NCBI GenBank assembly: GCA_964016885.1
Contig: OZ024740.1
Location: 288,548,001-288,612,000 of the forward strand
DNA length: 64,000 nt
Direction of reading: 5' to 3'
From: Eledone cirrhosa
Lineage: Eukaryota
Position numbers and translations under genes: made by a program. Each line of letters opens with the position of its first letter. Position 1 is the first letter of the stretch. Under the pieces are notes generated by a model, which was not told where the DNA came from, did no database searches, and saw nothing but the letters and a program-made list of their open reading frames with translations. Positions 14,191 through 26,770 of this stretch are shown here, piece after piece.

Positions 14191-14747
14191 CACACACACA
14201 CACTCACATGCATATTTACACATACCTATATACCTGTGTATGTGTATACGACCATAAGGGATCCTATGTTGAGATTGGTGAAGGGGTGTGCAGGGTGGGT
14301 AGTTTGAAGTATAGCTGGCATTAACAAGCACCCCTTTCTGTTGGCACCACTACTTTGCTAAGTTACCATCCTAGTGGTTTGGTTCATTTCGTGGTTGTCT
14401 TTGATTTTTCTCCTCCCACCTTTCCTTCCTACACCTTTGCCAGAGCGACAATTCTAACTTTCGTTCGCTTGATGCCACATACATATCTAGTTGTTTGGTT
14501 ATGGGCTCCTCTTTGTTGGTGCTAACCTGTACCGTTTGAAGTTGGACTGGTCGCTTGATAGTGGACTAATCTAGAGATTTTTCGCAACACCACTGTTGTT
14601 GGAATTTACTTGCCAAAGGTGTAGGAATTGGTATTCCACGCATTGATTGGGTAATCTTTGCAATTTGATCTCTATTAATCACCTGAACTTTATACAATTA
14701 CCCACCTACACACACACATACACAGAAGACAAATTCAGGTGTAAGTT

Positions 14748-14771
14748 ATGCTGAAAAAGTGGATTTCTTGG
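14748..14771 (+). CDS. Candidate first coding segment of the ankyrin gene (MLKKWISW)
   Basis: ATG with an in-frame TAA two codons upstream; 8 codons then a perfect phase-0 GTAAGT (14772-14777), compatible with the phase-0 acceptor at 37659; repeat-free and CpG-richer than background. Confidence 0.5.
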
Positions 14772-14881
14772 GTAAGTGAAGAATTTGTTTTTTATGTCTG
14801 TGTGTGTGATCTCTGTGTGTATGTCTGTTTTAGTGTGTGTATGGATTTGTGTGTTTGTGTGTCTCTGAGGGGGGGGGGGTG

Positions 14882-14914
<33 letters not shown>

Positions 14915-16345
14915 GTGTATCTCAGTATGTATGTCTATATATATGTTTCTGCATGTGTGTAAAATATGGATTGGGAGAGAGAAATATTTGATGGTGTTTT
15001 CAACCATAACTGACTAAGGTTGAGAGGAAATATAGTTTTCAACTGTTCACCCCCTTAGTAAACATGTAAAGTGATGAGGTTGATGGTGTTGGTGTTGCTA
15101 CTATTTATAGCAATTCATTCTTCAGATAGTCTGCAGTTATGCTAAGTGAGATAACTTGATGTTTTATGTAGGGTTGTACTAACAGTGAGGATAGAAGAGG
15201 GAAAGAAGGTGGGATGGAGGGGATAGAAACATCAGGTGGGGCACAAGAGAGCAGAACAGGATTGTATTTTTTTCTTTATAATTTATTATTTATTCATTAA
15301 AAATGTATCATTTAAAGATCTCCCCTGTACTCCACACCATCACCATCACACTGTGCTTGTGGCCCCCACCCCCTACATTTACAGAAGGTTTTGTTCTATT
15401 TTACTTATCTACAGCTTGTAGAACATCTTATTAGCTGCTGTTCTCAACCTCATCACCTGACTTCATGTTGATGTTCACCTCCTCTCTGGTGTTCACCTCT
15501 TTCACACTCACAGAAATATTAGCCTATAAGAATCTAATCTAGCTTTATTGACCTTACATAACCCAGCCTCCCCTTCTCTTTGGTCTGGAATAAATCTGTC
15601 ACAATGTTTCAAATAGGTAAAATATTAAAACGCCAAAACAATGTCTTACTCATGCATTCCATATTTTGGCATGGTTTCTGTGATTTGATGCTGTTCCTAA
15701 CACCAACTACTTTACAGGATGTACTGGGTGCATTTTGTTTATCATTGCACAAGCACTACCACTTTACAAAGAGTACTAGATGCACCAGTGCTACTACTTT
15801 TCAAAGTGTACTGGGTGCATTTTATCATGGGACCGAGACTAGTGAGGTTGTTGTATGCTCAGGCAGATCGAAGAGTCTTCTCCACCTTATATTGTCTCTG
15901 TTTTGATATTCACTAAAAGTTTGCCATACCTTCCAACAGTTTTCTTCCACATGAACTGTAATTGTCAGATTGACAACTTCTGACTTCAGTGTTTCAATAT
16001 GTATTTCCCTATTAACAAAGTATGTATGAAGTGGTCAAGTGAATAAGCTATTTATTTTATCACCTTATAACTTTTCCTCCGGGGCAGTGTCTTCTCAATC
16101 CTGTTGGCCAAGACCAAGAGGTGGACGACATATTAGGGCAGACGACTCTAGCATGTGAGTCCTTTGAGGCCACATAGCCAGTTGAAGCCTTTCATTTCTA
16201 AAAAAACACAAGATAAGTTACCTGAAATAAGAAGTAATAGATGTAAAGTGAATTTATCTAAGTTCAAACTCACTGGGAGGCAAGAGGACAGGTGTTTTGT
16301 TGTTCTTTTGCATCTCCTCCCATCCAATATTTTTGTGGGAGTGGA

Positions 16346-16581
16346 ATAAATATATTTGTGGGAGAAATTGTTTTTATGAGAGTGAGATAAATATATTTGT
16401 GGGAGCAATTGTTTTTATGAGAGTGAGATAAATATATTTGTGGGAGCAATTGTTTTTATGAGAGTGAGATAAATATATTTGTGGGAGCAATTGTTTTTAT
16501 GAGAGTGAGATAAATATATTTGTGGGAGCAATTGTTTTTATGAGAGTGAGATAAATATATTTGTGGGAGCAATTGTTTTTA
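16346..16581. repeat. 41-bp minisatellite, ~5.7 copies
   Basis: AAATATATTTGTGGGAGCAATTGTTTTTATGAGAGTGAGAT; GTGGGAG at 16358, 16399, 16440, 16481, 16522 and 16563. Confidence 0.97.
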
Positions 16582-17532
16582 CAGCTTCACAGATGGTGGA
16601 TATCCTTCTTACCATGGACAAGACTACTTACTCTGTGTTCTTCATTTGATATGTTAGTGTGTTATGATTAAAGAAAGATTTAGCTATTATTTCTGGAAGG
16701 TCAAACAACCATATAAAGGTTCCTGTTAGTGATTTTATTTGTTCAGTCTCTCAAATCCTGGTTTGGGCCCTAATGAAGAAAATCACCCATTTAATATCTT
16801 CCAACATAAATTTATATAAGAACAGTGTTTAAGTTATTATCTTAGTAATGAAATAATAAATCAATTTAGAAAATCCTCCAAAATTCTTCATTAATTAAAT
16901 GAAATACAGTGCATTTCATTAGAAATACGGTTACAAAAGGGTTAATACTGTAAACCTGGAAATAAGCTGTCTTCCATGGGTGTTGATATTGGGAATTATA
17001 ACATTCACCCACCTTATAATTCTAACTTTCTACCCTCCTCCATTTCCCCTTTGTTTACACACTACAAGAAATACTTTTAACAGGTAAAAACAGCAACGGC
17101 AGCAGCATAAATTCAGTATATATTATTGGTTTATAGTTCTTTATAGTCTTGATATAGTGGCACCAATTTAGGTGACTGCCTGAGACTGCTGAGAATGGTT
17201 GCTTGTGACATGATATATATATATATATATATATATAAAACTGCTCCCTTCTTTAATTTTTTTTTTCATTGGTTTCCCCCACCCCACTTTTTCTCTACAG
17301 TATGCATGTGTTGGAATGTGATCCTATTTACTCTTGTGAGCATATTAATTCCCCTTTCTTTCTATCTATCTTCTGTGTTTATATATACATATTTAGGTAT
17401 TAACAGTAGCACTAACACAGTGGGATTCACAATAGAGGCATATTTGGAAGCATATAACTTTGATAACTTTTGGCCAGTATTGGCCCAGGCCATATCTAAC
17501 TTAATAGCACCACCTGGGAGAGTAAATGTCAT

Positions 17533-17720
17533 TAATTGTTTCTACTTTTGGTACAAGGCCAGCAATTACCCAGTGCATTACTGGTACTTTATTTTATCAA
17601 CCCCGTAAGGATGAAAAGCAAAATTAACCTCGGCGGGATTTGAACTCAGAATGTAAAGGGCCGTAACTCTATGCGTCAAAGCATGGCATCCGACCCTCTA
17701 CCGATACTGCCAATCCACCA
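17533..17720 (-). mobile_element. tRNA-derived SINE family A, near full length
   Basis: Reverse complement matches the family head (TGGATTGGCAGTATCGGTAGAGGGTCGGA) through the tail (GTAGAAACAATTA). Confidence 0.92.
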
Positions 17721-18077
17721 TGATGGATAAACATCCTGAAATACTCACAGCTTAAAATACCTGCAACAGGGAAAAGCAGACGTAAAATGGTGATGATGAT
17801 GAAGATGAAACATATTGTATATGCTTCTATATACATCTCTAAAATTAAGTATATACACACTCATACATACATATATATATATATACTTGGAGCTTTTCAA
17901 CAAAATATACACCTGCACACACACACCATGGTGAAAACCTTACTTAAACTTCTACTCCATATGGTATGTTAACTTAGATTGAATTTCTCAACTTTTAATC
18001 CTATAATCTCGCCTGTGTATACATAATATGTATGTATTGGCAGACTCATTAGAACATTGGATAGAATGCTTTGCAGT

Positions 18078-18270
18078 CAGACCTGTCATCTCTCCCCATT
18101 GGACGGGGAGATCTCCCACCATTTTGGAGTGGGTGAGAGATGTCTTCTCTTGTGAAAATGGGTATACTTTCATTATGTAAAGTCTCCCCATTTTGCCTCA
18201 TTTCTCCCCATTTTGAGGGATTTTTTTTCATGGTACTCCCCATTTGGGGTTTTAGAGGTTGGCACGTCTG
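18078..18270. mobile_element. hAT-like MITE inserted into an older SINE A copy (~18035-18365)
   Basis: TIRs CAGACCTGTCATCTCT / AGAGGTTGGCACGTCTG; 8-bp TSD TTTGCAGT (18070-18077) and CTTGCAGT (18271-18278); internal CTCCCCATTT repeats. Confidence 0.8.
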
Positions 18271-19457
18271 CTTGCAGTATTCGTTTCGGCTCTCTGAGTT
18301 CAACTTTGCCTTTCAGCCAATCAAGGTCAATAAAAAAGTACCAGTCTAGTACTTGGGTCAATTCTTCCTCTATATCTCTTTCTCACTTCCTTTCTTTCAT
18401 TCTCTATCCTTCTCTCGAAGAAATCTGCTGTATTTAGACCTTAAGAGCAGATGGGATTTGCCAGGTTTAAAAAAAATAAATCCCCCAAGAGTTACAGGAC
18501 CATGCATGCATGTATATGTACACACGCGTACAATCTCTCTCTCCCTCCTTAGTAGTTGCCTTGTTGTTAGTTTGCTTTAAATCTTTTCAATTAAATGAAA
18601 GTGAAGTAGCAATTGTTCTATTTAATAGAACTTGGGAGAGAGAGAGAGATCATATTGTTGTTTGGCCTCCAAGATAATCCTGATTAAGCAAGGATTCTAG
18701 TTGTGACGATTTGATCATTTTCTCGGGCATAATATATCTACAATTACATTATTTGAATCTGTCCTTCCTTTTTTTTAAGATAGTAGAATGTGTTTAGAGG
18801 GATATTTGGCTACAATTTCTAACAGGTCGAACAACCATGTAGAGGCTCTTTCATTGGCTCATTGTTATTCCTGTTGTTGTTGTTGTATAATGTTCAGGCC
18901 TAATGAGATTATTGATGCTGCTAATGTTTTTGTATGTGTTTCTTATGTTTATCTGGATTGATTGGGAGAGATGTATGCCTGTTTCTTTATTTCTTTTTTT
19001 TTTTACTAGTTTCAAGCATTAGGTTTAATCAATCAGATCAATCTCAGTACTGCTTTCTGTCTGGCAATTTTATTGATCTATATTTATTGAATGGTTTCAT
19101 ACTGGATTGTAAAATTTAGTTTTATACTCTAGAGCAGATTTGAGAGTCATAGCACATTAGAAAATAGAAGCTTTATTTTTGTTTACATAATGCCACAATC
19201 TTCTCAAACTTGGGTGATGTAATTCATTGTGAATACATTAAAGAAATTTGTAATCTGCTTGAGCTGAATAGCACATTAGAGACAAGACACCAGCACATAG
19301 ATTCTCTTCTACATATCATTAGAAAATATTAAAACTATATGAAGAAAGTCCAACACTCCTGCAAAATATTTCATTTTTTTCTAAATAAATCTGGTACTTT
19401 GTTGGTCAATAATGGGGGCAGATTGACTCCTTTGAAGGTAATACTATATATGTAAGA

Positions 19458-19645
19458 GGGCAGTGGATTGGCAGTATCGATTGAGCACCAGACACCATGC
19501 TTTGCAGCATAGTTATGGCCCTTTACGTTCTGAGTTCAAATCCCGCCAAGGTTAGTTTTGCCTTTCATCCTTACGGGGTTGATAAAATAAAGTGCCAGTA
19601 ATGCACTGGGGTAATTGCTGGCCTTGTGCCAAAAGTAGAAACGAT
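19458..19645 (+). mobile_element. Full-length tRNA-derived SINE family A with a 12-bp TSD
   Basis: GGGCAGTGGATTGGCAGTATCG...GAGTTCAAATCC...GTAGAAACGA, flanked by TATATATGTAAG on both sides. Confidence 0.93.
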
Positions 19646-20445
19646 TATATATGTAAGCACTAATAATTGTGGTAATTTCTTTCTCTACAGAAGGATACCC
19701 AATTTACTTTTAGAAAGGGTAAGAGAAAAAACAATAGGACACCCTTCTTGCTAGAACAACATTGGTCTCAATTGTAATTGGAATGGAGTTTTCAATGAAG
19801 TCAAACATTTTCTATAACAATTTAAAACTTTTTGTAATAAAATACACCCTTTTTCAATTAATTGATAAAGATTTTGTAATGAAACACTCTTTTTCAATTA
19901 ATTAATAAAGATTTTGATGGATTTACTAAAATTATTTCATTACAAGGATAATATCTTAACATATGGTTCTTATATAAAATTATATTGGAAGATTTTAATT
20001 TAAATAACCTTTAAAATGAATGGTTTTGTTTCATAGAATCAGAACCAGTTTTAGGTGGTTGGTATCAAAGGTTTTGAGGAATCAGTGGTGCCACCTATTT
20101 ACTGTGATAAAATAGCAATCGATGGCATTTTTAAGTTCCCTTTTAGAAGGAAGAATTTCAAAGCATTGAAAGAATCAATTGATCACAATTGAAGACAATG
20201 ACCAAAGAAATTTCTTTGTTTTATTTAAAAAATTTATATTAAGATATCATTTTACTAGAAAGTGTTATATTGAGATATATTACATGTGACAGGTATGTCT
20301 ATAATTTTGTTGTGATCTTCAGTATGAATAATTTGATTAATGACTCATTTAAAACCTACCAATGTATTTATAAGGCCCCATGGAAGCCTTGCATATTGAT
20401 ACACTGCTTTTCAAACCTTGGGACAAGTGTAAGGATAGCCTTTAA

Positions 20446-20652
20446 CCCTTTAGCATTAAACCGGCCATATCCAGCCAGAATCTTTTCACCTCTTTCTGTT
20501 CAAACTGGTCATAACTGGCTGCTTATACTTATGTTAAGGTATTGTTCTTAAAATATATAATATCAAAATCTCGTAGATTTGATATTATGTAAAATATAGT
20601 GTTTACCATGAAAATACAATAGTATATATAGAGTAATGTAATTGCTAAAGGG
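20446..20652. mobile_element. piggyBac-like MITE (family A); opposite-orientation copies at ~23220-23399 and ~40172-40388
   Basis: TTAA TSD on both sides; TIRs CCCTTTAGCA / TGCTAAAGGG. Confidence 0.8.
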
Positions 20653-22234
20653 TTAATTACCTGTGGCAATTGATAATAACTGTTTCATATATATGAAGAT
20701 GAAAAATTAAAAAAATGATCTCAGAGTTCTGTTGGCTGTTGCTTGCAAATTACAAGTTGCTGTTTCACAAAAACCTATTTCATTGGTTTAATGTAAATAT
20801 CCTTTAGATAATTTATTGCAGCTTCATTGTTACAATCTGATAAATTCAAACCCTTCATGAGATATGAAATATGTAAGGCTGTGTAGTCTGTTAGGATTTG
20901 GAATATTACTGGTAGGAAAATTTTCAAATGCATGTAACAATTGTTTGTCTTGAAGCTGAGAGTCATTTGTAACATAGAAATGTGTCTATATTTGATTCAG
21001 TTAATAAACTGTTGAAAGAAGTAACAATAAGACTGTATTTATTGAATGAAGCTACTACTCAATATCTAGTTTAACTCTTAAAAACAGGTTTGTTAATTTA
21101 AATGTTATAGAATCTTTACTACTGAATAGATCATTGAACATTTACAATATTAGACTCTACTTCAGTTATTAATGTGATATAGTCATAGTACTGTTTTGTA
21201 CTTTGCAAGAATATCTTGCTAATGTGGATTCATGTGATACAATGTTAAGAGTTAAGGAAGAGAACTCACCCATCACATTATAGATTATTTAACACAACAT
21301 CCAGTCTAAGTCAGGGATTGAATTTGCGCATCATAAGCTACATCATTAAGAATTACAACAATCTTTTTGTAATTGTTTTTTAGTCTATTAGATGCCCTAA
21401 GTAGAAATCCTATCATTTTTAATAATATATATTTTGTATTTCATGGTCGACCACATAATTATAACTCCACAATTGAAATCTTGGTACTTTTTCTTGTTTC
21501 TTGATCTAATGTCCCCAGTTATTATAATATCAGTTACTTCACATTTCATGTTCTCTAGTGTTGTTGTTGTTACTATTACTATTATTATTGTTGTTGTTGT
21601 TACTATTACTATTATTGTTGTTGTTTCATAACATGTTTGGCTCTGGTTCAACAATAACATAGACTAGAATAGTGTGTGTAGATAGATTAGACAATCCTTT
21701 GTTTTTTCAACTTTCTTCTTTTATTTAACATGTTACTAGATGTGGCTGAGGTTATTCTTATTGGTATTAGACCCCAGACACGGGTAAACTGGCTGCGGAG
21801 ATGTGGTTTGCCCTTAGACAAGGTTATTTATTCATCAGTTTACTTAAATCTCTTTCTTGATCCTATATTGAAGAATTGACTTGTGCCACCTTTCATTAAA
21901 TACTCTAACAACTGAAGTTAATAAATAACTGTATCATCCACCACTATGGCTCTGTGGAAGTGGCTTGGCTAAATATGCCAGACATTAGCATTTGTTTATA
22001 AGATTCAAGTTCAAATACACTGCAGGTGTTGTTGTTTTTTTTTTTTTTTTTTGACAGAACAGTTTATTTCACATTTCTTCAGCCCACCTAGTTATTAAAA
22101 ATAGGTACAATGCCACCAAGGAATGTTACATGAGATAGACCAGCATCCTATCCAGGGAAAGATGTCTCCCCTCCACTTAACACTATGAAGCTAATGTTAA
22201 GCACTGCTTCTTAAAAGCCCTCAGGGATTAGGAG

Positions 22235-22539
22235 ACACATTGTGTCCAGAGTGCTATGAGCTTTGTGTGTAGTGATGATTGACATATCAATTTACTAAGG
22301 TTTTCAGCAGCCTGCTGAATATGAAAACCCCAGAATAGCTAACCAGAATTAATTTACATCACTCACTTTCCTCTGGAGGACTATCTAATAAATTTGTGGT
22401 TTTGAGAACGAGTGATGTAAATTAATTCTGGTTAGCTATTCTGGGATTTTCATATTCAGCAGGCTGCTGAAAACCTTAGTAAATTGATATGTCAATCATC
22501 ACTACACACAAAGCTCATAGCACTCTGGACACAATGTGT
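22235..22539. repeat. Long near-perfect inverted repeat (130-bp arms, 45-nt loop)
   Basis: 22235-22364 is the reverse complement of 22410-22539 with one mismatch (C22328 opposite A22446). Confidence 0.97.
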
Positions 22540-23050
22540 AGGGCCCAAGGACACCAGAGTCTCGACAGTGACTTGTATGAAAAGGAAGCACTTGGACAAT
22601 CCCTGGTATTGTTTATCTTCCTCCCTTTTGCATTGCTAGTGGTGGAGCATGAATTTGCTGCTGAAGCAACAAGTTTAGAAACGGAGGAAGAGTCAAACAC
22701 ATCGCATTCCAGATTAGGGATTTATCTCTCTCAAATAGGAAGAAGGTTATTCTGTTGGGGCGCTTACCATTGTTATGGTAAGCTGGCTTTAGTTGTGATG
22801 AAAAGCCAGCTGCATTGAGGCTCCTGTTGATGATGTCATTCAGAGCAGCGTGTTGGCAGGAACCGGCCTGCACTAAGTCGGTATGGTAGCAGATGCAGGC
22901 CAAACCCATCAACAACAGCCTCACAGTGGAATTTGTATGGCTTGCACACACTGAGGCTGAGGCACTGGGCTACTCCAATGTAAGGAAGTATATGAAGCAC
23001 AATATCTATGAGATTGAGGTGCTGAATTGTCTGGCTTCAGTTTGTTTGAC
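22540..23050 (-). mobile_element. Degenerate non-LTR retrotransposon fragment with a restriction-like endonuclease domain (CRE-like)
   Basis: Frameshifted minus-strand peptides HAALNDIINRSLNAAGFSSQLKP, GKRPNRITFF..DKSLIWNAMC, GRKINN and QVTVETLVSLGP resemble the RHxxxN..xEP..RPD..WDxTC..KxxKY..xETxG motifs; a zinc-knuckle remnant lies upstream. Confidence 0.75.
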
Positions 23051-24677
23051 TGAGGCTACAACAGGTTCTCTACTTCACAGTTGAGTGGTTAGTGGTGAGA
23101 AAGGCAATCAAGTGTAGAAACAAATGATTCAACAAGTAAGCCAACATCTATGAGAAAATGGGTGTAAAATAGTAAAACAACAAAAAGAAAGAGCAGTCAG
23201 AGAAGTTAGATTATTGACCTTAACCTTTTACCATTTACTATTATATTTTCACATAATTATCTCACCTAATATCAAATCTATGAGATTTTGACATTATTTA
23301 TTTTGAGAACAATACCTGAACATCAGTATGAGTGGCCAGAACAGAAAGATGTGAGAGAATTCTGGATGGATACAGCTGGTTTAAATGCTAAAGAATTAAT
23401 ACATTTCAGTATTTAGTTAGTTTCATCATTTTTCACTCTGATTCAAATCCTGCTGAAGTTGATTTCATGAGATGTTTCTGACTTCATATTTATCATTAAT
23501 CCACTTAAAAAGGGACATTTTAAACTAATAACTAGCACATAGATAATAAATTGATGAATTTAAATGAGTACTAACATACAAGAAAACGTGGTAGACTGTA
23601 CCTCCTGTTATTTTACCCTTTATGGCAGCTTAAAAAGTATCCTTTTAAAATATCTGATCTTAGTTCAAATCCTGCTGGATCTAAATTTACTGTTACATTT
23701 CCACTAACATCTATAACGTAACTAATTATAATATATAGGGGACCTAGTCAGTCAACTATACACCATCCCAGATTCAGCATACCTATGATCAAAAGTCTGG
23801 ATTCATTCTTATTTTTCAGACATAGTGTATATAAGACTACATTGCTCAATGTATCCTCCCTTTCATGTTTTGTTTTATGTCAGTTATGATCAAATATGTT
23901 GTCTTTTGTTTAAACATAGTATATCTACATTTATCTTTTTCAATGTGTCCTCACCTCTCGATTTTTATAAAAACAATAGGATAGGATTTGAGAGATTTTT
24001 GCTGCTATTTCTAGCAGGTTGATAGCCCATGTAGATGCTCTGTTATTGGTTCATGACATTGTCTTTTTTTTTTTTTAGACTGTAGTGTGTGTGAGTTAAG
24101 GGAGGTGTTACTGCTCTTTCAAGCAGATCAAGTATCAATGTAGTGTTTATTGTTGAGCTGTTATTGATGAATGATCAGGTACATTGTTGAACTACAAGAA
24201 CAAGAATTACAAGCCAATACAAATATATTTCCCATGCCTAGATTGTACTTGTTGGCCCAAGATAGATGAGTCATTGGGGTTACAGATATTGCAGTGACTT
24301 GAAATGAAATGATGTTATAGGATATGTTCTATATATCCCACATCCGTGTGAAACGTAAGGACTATGGAATAAAACATATTATCAACAATTGACTGACCTT
24401 CAGTGACCAGAAGTATACATCATGTGGGTCGGCCTCTTTTTAGTTTGTCAAACAAAACATTTGAAAATATTATTCCTCATATTTATATATGATGGCTCTC
24501 CACTCATGTCCAAGGGAAGCCATTACCGACTATTAAAAGAATTGTTTTTGACAGACTTCTACATGCCTTTTTGTAGACCTTATAAAGTAGCGTATATGTA
24601 CATTAGTATGCAGAAGTATACTCTGGTGTATAGCATATAAATGTGTGCTTATGTCTGTATACACATACATGCATATA

Positions 24678-25163
24678 TCTATATATATATATAAAGTTGT
24701 AGATCCTGTCTGTTTGTTTGATTGGTTGGTTGGTTGTTTGTTTGTTCACAAACTCCTCCTATGGTTTTAGAGATAGACCCCCATAACCATATATATATTC
24801 TGAAACTACATTGCCCAGGGTACTTCTGAAACTACATTGCCCAGGGTTCCTTGGTGGCACAAACCCCTGCTGAAAATTTTTTTCCTTCGATTTATATGAA
24901 ATTTAAACCATAGGTAAATGACAAGATATGATGCCTATTCACAATAGTTTTGAATTGATATTTTGAAAATAATTATTTACAAGAAACAAAATAAGATTTA
25001 ATAATGTAATTTTGATTTGATATATTACAAAAAATAATGTTTTCCAATTTTTCATGGATTACATTTTACATTGAGTAATATGGAAATGCAGAGTTAAAAT
25101 CAATCATCATTTTCTTACATAAAAATTGTGTGAAACGCAGCAAGGCGCGAGTAATTCGGCTAG
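24678..25163 (+). mobile_element. Non-autonomous Helitron
   Basis: A|TC 5' end followed by a (GTTT/GGTT) tract; GC hairpin CGCAGCAAGGCGCG (25136-25149) about 10 nt before the CTAG|T 3' end; no TSD. Confidence 0.8.
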
Positions 25164-25275
25164 TTTATATATAAATCTAAATCTGTGCAATGCAGTTGAT
25201 GACATCCATAAAAGCTTCAAAAATCTCATCCCGTGTATGTATCTGTGTGGGTGTGTATAACATTAATATAGAAAT

Positions 25276-25325
25276 GGCTTCTACAGGACTAGGACTGTTT
25301 CATTCATAAGAAATCATCAGGAAGC

Positions 25326-25326
<1 letters not shown>
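25276..25326 (-). ncRNA. Type I hammerhead ribozyme motif (Penelope-like remnant)
   Basis: Minus strand GGCTTC CTGATGA T-TTC-TTAT-GAA-T GAAA CAG-TCCTAGTC-CTG TA^ GAAGCC: 6-bp helix I, intact core, GUA triplet; U-U at the base of helix II. Confidence 0.7.
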
Positions 25327-25369
<43 letters not shown>

Positions 25370-26334
25370 CCAGGCATCTTGTATTTGACTTCTCTTATCT
25401 GGTTCAGAATGCTTTACTGGAGAAAGCCAAACTCAGTGTCTTATGGAAGCACTGAAGGCGTTGGTAGTGGTTGGGTGGAGAAGGTGGTTTATATGTGAAG
25501 TTGAGTGTGTCTTCTTTGTTAATATTAGTATTACATCAGTCAGTGTTACTTCACATCATGTGGGGTGATTGAAGGGGTGATACCCCTTCCCTTAAAAAAA
25601 AAGTTTCCCAAAATAAATCTCTCTCCCCAGTATTTCAACATAATATTCTTTCTTTATTTTTGTTTAGTTTTTTTGTTTTTTTTTTGCATGCTGTTTCTTT
25701 CTCAGTTTGTTGAGCTCTTAAGAAATATAACCCATAATTTTCTGGGGTGTTGTAGACTCTTTTTCTTTTGGCTCCTGGCCCATAGATTAGTATCTTGTAG
25801 GGAATGTTAAAATGCAACCATATTTCTATTAGATTTACCCCAGAGACAGAGAGAAAATGAAGAAAGCAAGAGAAGGGGAAGGAAAAAAGAAGACAATAAA
25901 GAAGAGTTGAGAGAAGGAAAGATGTAGGGGAGGGGGTGAAGGGAAATTTGTTTCGCTTATTTATTCATGTATTATATTATAATCAAAGAGTTTTGTAGTG
26001 AAGTTTAGTGTTTTGTTATGTTGTATGTTCACAGAGTATAAGTATTTGAAAGTATTAGTGCTGTTTGATATAAATATTTGGAAGTGTTAGTGTTGTCTTG
26101 TTTGTCCATTGAGTATAGTGTTTGGCTGTTTGGCAACAGTAACATAGACAAAAGACATGAGTTCAACCTGAGTTTCTCCACAGAATTATAGTCTTTGTTA
26201 AAATGTAGAGCAAGCAAGACCATAGGAAGAAGTGACAAGGTCAAATCTCAGGATGTTTTATTTCTTTTTTTCAAATTTTCACAGTTATGACTCCTAGGGA
26301 CTCGAAGCTGGTTACATTATTACTAGGAGAAAGA

Positions 26335-26770
26335 GGGCAGTGGATTGGCAGTACTGGTTGAGGGTCAGACGCCATGCTTTGCAGCATAGAGTTACGGTCC
26401 TTTATGGTCTGAGTTCAAATCCCACCGAAGTTAACTTTGCTTTTCATCCTTACAGGGTCAATAAAATAAAGCACCAGTAACATACTGGGGTCGATTTAAT
26501 TGACTTTCCCCTCCCCCCAAATTACTGGCCTTGTAGAAATCCTTATTACTAGGAGAAAGGGCAGTGGATTGGCAGTATCGGTGGAGCATCAGAGACCATG
26601 CTTTGCAGCATAGTTATGGCTCTTTACATTCAGTGGTCTAATTCTGCCGAGGTTAGCTTTGCCTTTCATCCTTACGGGGTCGATAAAATAAAGCACCAGT
26701 AATACACTGGGGTCAATTTAATCGACTTTCCCATCCCCTTCAAAATTATTAGCCTTGTAGAAACAATTAT
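26335..26770 (+). mobile_element. Two head-to-tail SINE A copies
   Basis: Each copy is preceded by TTATTACTAGGAGAAA and has the A/B boxes and Nin-like block. Confidence 0.9.
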
